Assembly (NCBI GenBank): GCA_963845755.1
Contig: CAWJTV010000042.1
Span: 64,001-128,000, forward strand
Length of the DNA: 64,000 nucleotides
DNA from: an uncultured Planctomycetota bacterium
Lineage (GTDB): Bacteria > Planctomycetota > Planctomycetia > Isosphaerales > Isosphaeraceae
Direction of reading: 5' to 3'
In this document: piece after piece, positions 60,331 to 64,000 of the stretch
Layout: every line of letters starts with the position of its first letter
Position numbering within the stretch: position 1 is the first letter of the stretch
The notes under the pieces: generated by a model
What the model was told of the DNA's origin: nothing
Databases searched by the model: none
Seen by the model: only the letters and a program-made list of their open reading frames with translations
Program-made: the position numbers and the translations under genes

Positions 60331-61105
60331 ACGGAGTCTGGGCTCCCCACGATACCCGCGACTCCATCATCGACTTCGTCCGGCACTGGTCCGATCGCAC
60401 CGAGATCCCCCTGCAACGCTTCATCGGCTGGCTCGGCATTGCCGCCAGCAAGTTCCACGACTGGAGGACGCGCTACGGATTGGCCAACGAGCACAACGCC
60501 CTGGTCCCTCGCGACTGGTGGCTCGAACCGTGGGAGAAGGCGGCCATCCTCGAGTTCCACCGGCTCCACCCTCTGGAGGGCTACAGGCGGCTCGCCTTCA
60601 TGATGCTCGATGCCGATGTGGTCGCGGCCAGCCCCTCGAGCGTCTACCGCGTCCTGCGTCAGGCCGGAGCGATCAAGCCGCGCGACCACAAGCCCTCGCT
60701 CAAGGGGAAAGGCTTTCAACAACCCCTGCGCGCCCACGAGCACTGGCACGTCGATGTCACCTCCATCAACGTCGCCGGCACGTTCTTCTACCTCTGTAGC
60801 CTCCTCGACGGCTACAGCCGGTTCCTCGTCCACTGGGAGATCCGCGATAGCATGACCGAGGCCGACGTCGAGACGATCATCCAGCGGGCCCGCGGCGCTT
60901 CCCCGACGAGCGGCCCCGCATCATCTCGGACAACGGACCTCAGTTCATCGCCAAGGATTTCAAGGAGTTCATCCGGATTTGCGGAATGACTCACGTGAGA
61001 ACATCACCATGCTATCCACAGAGCAACGGCAAGATGGAACGGTGGTACAAGACCCTCAAGGGGGAGTGCATCCGGGTCAAGACACTGTTATCTCTGGCCG
61101 ATCCA
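60306..61105 (+). pseudogene. IS3 transposase OrfB (rve integrase), frameshifted and C-terminally truncated
   Basis: EGYRRL, HEHWHVDVT, LDGYSR, IISDNGPQF (other frame), YPQSNGKMERWYKTLKGECIR, then homology stops before the usual YN..R.H motif. Confidence 0.85.
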
Positions 61106-61164
61106 GTGTACACTCTACCTTATCTCCTGACCCTGGTTTCTCCATTTCACGCTGAACCATCACA

Positions 61165-64000
61165 ACCCCGCCGCGAACGAGCCCCGCGGAGGCATTCCAG
61201 CGCGACATTCCGGTCGTGTCGGGCTGCAGATCCTGACCGGCTCCCTTGCCGATTCCGGGGTCGATCCGGAGCGGGGGAAGAGAGGGCGCGCCGGGATCGG
61301 CCGGATCCTCGTCCGGATACGCCGGCGCATCCCAGTCGAGGCCCGCCCCGGCAAGGTGGCGGCGGATCGCCCGCAGGTCCCAGACGTGCACGGCCGGGCC
61401 GTCCCTGGTGCTCACCACCAGCCGCGATCCGTCGGGGCTGAACGTCGCCGCCCACGCCTCACACAGGTCGGGGCTCATCAGCCGCGCGAGAGTGCGGCCC
61501 GTCTCGGCCTCGACCAGGCGCAGAACCTTATCCGGGTGCGCGACCGCCAGTAGGCGACCGTCGGGAGCGGAGCAGAGGATCTTGCCGCTCCCCGCCGGGA
61601 CCACGATCCGGCTCGATCGGTCCTCGGCGATCCGCCCGGATCCCCCGGGAGACTCCAGATGGCCGGGCGGCCCGATCCGGAACTCGCGCCGGTCGGGAGC
61701 GAGCCGCAGCGGCCACCGCCTCACTCCGGTCGCGCCGGCGACCAGCAGGTCGCCCGACGCCTCGAACCGCGCGCCCTCGACCGGGCCGATCGCCAGGAAG
61801 GCGAGCTCCTTGCCGCCGGCCAGGTCCCAGAACGCCACGCCTCGGCTCGTCCCCAGGGCCAGCACCCGACCGTCGGGCCGGATGCTCACGGCCCCGTAAT
61901 CGATCGGCTCGCGGCTCGCGTGGACGAACGTCCGGTATTCGAGCCCCGGCTCAACCTCGTAGGTCGTCAGCCGGTCCCCGGTGGCGACGACCATCCGCCC
62001 GTCCTGGCCGAAGATCGGGGGGCGGCTGGCGCCGGTCAGGTTGAACCAGGGCCGGCCCAGCACCGGGTCCCAGAGCCAGGTCCGGCCTTCCCAGCCGCTG
62101 CTGCCCAGCAGCGTGCCGGCGGGGTGGAACGCCGAGCACAGCCCGCCGCCGATATGCCCGTCGAGGACCGCCCTCCGGGTGCCTGTCTCGGCGTCCCAGA
62201 CGTGGATCCTGCGGTTCGTGCAGGGGGTCGACAGCATCGAGCCGTCGGGGCTCCAGGCGACCCCCTCCGCGCTCGCCGGCAGCGGGATCGACCGGACGAG
62301 CCGGCCGGTCCCCGTCTCGAGGATTTTGCAGGCGGGTCGATCCGCGTTCGACAGGATCGCGATCCGGGTCGAGTCGAAGCGGAACGTCAGGGTCCCGGGG
62401 CTGGAGACGCGCCCGCTCGCGTCAGCCCGGCCGGTCGCCAGGTCGTAGACTATCAGGTCGCCGCCGGCCCGGGCCAGGGCGATGAGACGGCCGTCTGGGC
62501 TGAACCGGACCCGATCCCGGACCGGGCCCGGGTCGCTCGCGACGAGCACACGCCGATCGACATCCCAGACCGACAGGGCCTCGCCGGAGAACTGCGCGGC
62601 CGCCAGATATCGGCCGTCGTGGCTGAAGGCGAACACGCAGAAGCCGGCCCCGCCCGGGGTGTGGAATCGGGCAATCTCCTCGTCGTCGGCGACGCGACGC
62701 ACGGGAATCCTGCCGTCCCGGAACCCGAGCGCATAACGCGTCATGGTGGGGTCGAATGCGAACGCGACGGCCCCTGCCGGCCGGCGGACGACCCGACCGC
62801 CGGGCTCCGGCCTGACGTCGGGCAGGGCCAGGCAGGCGATCGCCTCATCGCGAATCGGATCGAGCCGCTTGCGGGCCAAGCCCAACTCGCGGGCGATCTC
62901 CGCCGCCCGCCACAAGGCCGCCAGGCCCTCGAACCGCTGGCCGGCCTGCCGGCTCAGTCGCATGACCCGCGCCCGATCCGTGAGCGACTCGACGAGCTCC
63001 TCGCGGCGGCCGTCGATCCGCGCGTCGCTGCTCGCGCGCCTCGGAGAGGCGCATCAGCGCCAGGTCGTAGGCGATCTGGTCGCGCTGCTCGCGGAACTTC
63101 CAGGCCATCGCGGTCAACGCGATGGCCAGGGCGACCGCGGACGCCGCGGCGGTGACCAGCGCCGCCACCAGGAGCGGATTGCGGCGGCACCATCGCCAAC
63201 CCTGTTCGATCGTCGTGCTCCGTCGCGCCAGGATCGGGCGGTCGTCGAGGAACCGCTCGAGGTCCTCGGCCATCGCCAGGGCCGTGGCGTAGCGGTCGCC
63301 CGGCTCCTTGGCGATCGCCTTCAGGACGATCGTCTCGAGGTCGCGGGGAATCCGCGCATCGATCCGCCGCGGGGCCTCGGGCGGATCGTGGAGCACTCGC
63401 TCGATCAGCTCGGCCTGCGCCGAGGGCCCGAACAGCGGGCGCAGGGTCAAGAGCTCGTAGAGCGTCGCCCCCAGGCTGTAGACGTCGCTGCGGCGGTCGG
63501 ACCAGCCGTCGAACCGCTCGGGCGCCATGTAGCGGATCGTGCCGACGATGTCGCCGGTGCGCGTCGGGCCGTCCGAGCCCTCGACCTTGGCCAGCCCGAA
63601 GTCAGTCACCCAGACCTTGCCCGCCACGTCGAGCAGGAGGTTGGACGGCTTGATATCGCGGTGCAGCACGCCCTGCTGATGGGCGTAGGCCAGGGCATCG
63701 GCGACCTGGAACCCGATCCGGGCCACCGAGCGAAAGTAGGGCCCCTTGGCGGCCAGGGTGAGGGTCGCGGTCTGGATGGCGACGGGCGCCGCGACCGCCC
63801 GCGCCGGCTCGCAGGGGTCGGGCCGGACGGGGCCGTACGGCGCGCCGGGGGTGGGACGAGCATCCGTCACGTTGCCCGCGACGGTCAGCGACAGGAGCGA
63901 ACCGGTCGCGAGCGAGTGGGCCAGCGTCATCGACTCGGAGGGGCCGGCCATGAGGGAGGACAGCCCCTCGTCCCCGGGCGAGCCGCCCGGGCGCTGGGCC
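61165..64000 (-). CDS. Ser/Thr protein kinase with WD40 repeats, 5'-partial, frameshift near 63030, 3' end cut by IS3
   Basis: HRDIKPSNLLL, DFGLAK, GTIRYMAPE, SDVYSLG; WD40 repeats FSPDG..VWD; ORF runs into the IS3 right end. Confidence 0.9.

Larger units (their letters stand above)
59951..61164 (+). mobile_element. IS3-family insertion sequence, transposase 3'-deleted
   Basis: IRL TGTCTTGCTTCAGCCGGAAATGGAGAAAC and IRR (rc) TGTGATGGTTCAGCGTGAAATGGAGAAAC; orfA plus rve orfB; no target duplication seen. Confidence 0.9.

Noticed and set aside
1..64000. CRISPR array, tRNA or rRNA genes
   Set aside because: No regularly spaced repeat-spacer array, cas gene, cloverleaf or rRNA-like sequence seen by eye

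Overview
High-GC bacterial DNA with strong Planctomycetota hallmarks, probably Isosphaeraceae-like (inferred from DUF1559, DUF1552/DUF1592, an LEPR-XLL secreted protein, HEAT proteins and a WD40 Ser/Thr kinase). Housekeeping genes (queA, serA, class V aminotransferase, rlmN, hemC, cinA, ppk2, comF, ECF sigma) are interleaved with accessory loci: a YtrA-type GntR/ABC operon with a perfect operator, a B12 radical SAM gene with a decayed partial copy 46 kb away, secreted G8 and beta-helix proteins, a hydrolase/membrane-LRR/lipase/HerA-ATPase run, six PIN-family toxin loci, an IS3 element, an ISL3-type MITE and two copies of a REP-carrying MITE with 3-bp target duplications. About a dozen genes, including serA, carry 1-2 nt frameshifts, most likely long-read assembly errors. 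No tRNA, rRNA or CRISPR array was seen. Best candidates for undescribed biology: an XRE-HTH protein with an unrecognised C-terminal domain divergent from a lipoprotein-DUF1559-PIG-L unit; the REP-carrying MITE family; a Fur-box-preceded G8 protein; the lipase/LRR/HerA cluster; and a pseudoknot-capable leader in front of an HNH nuclease. All family calls are from motif recognition by eye; no searches were run.
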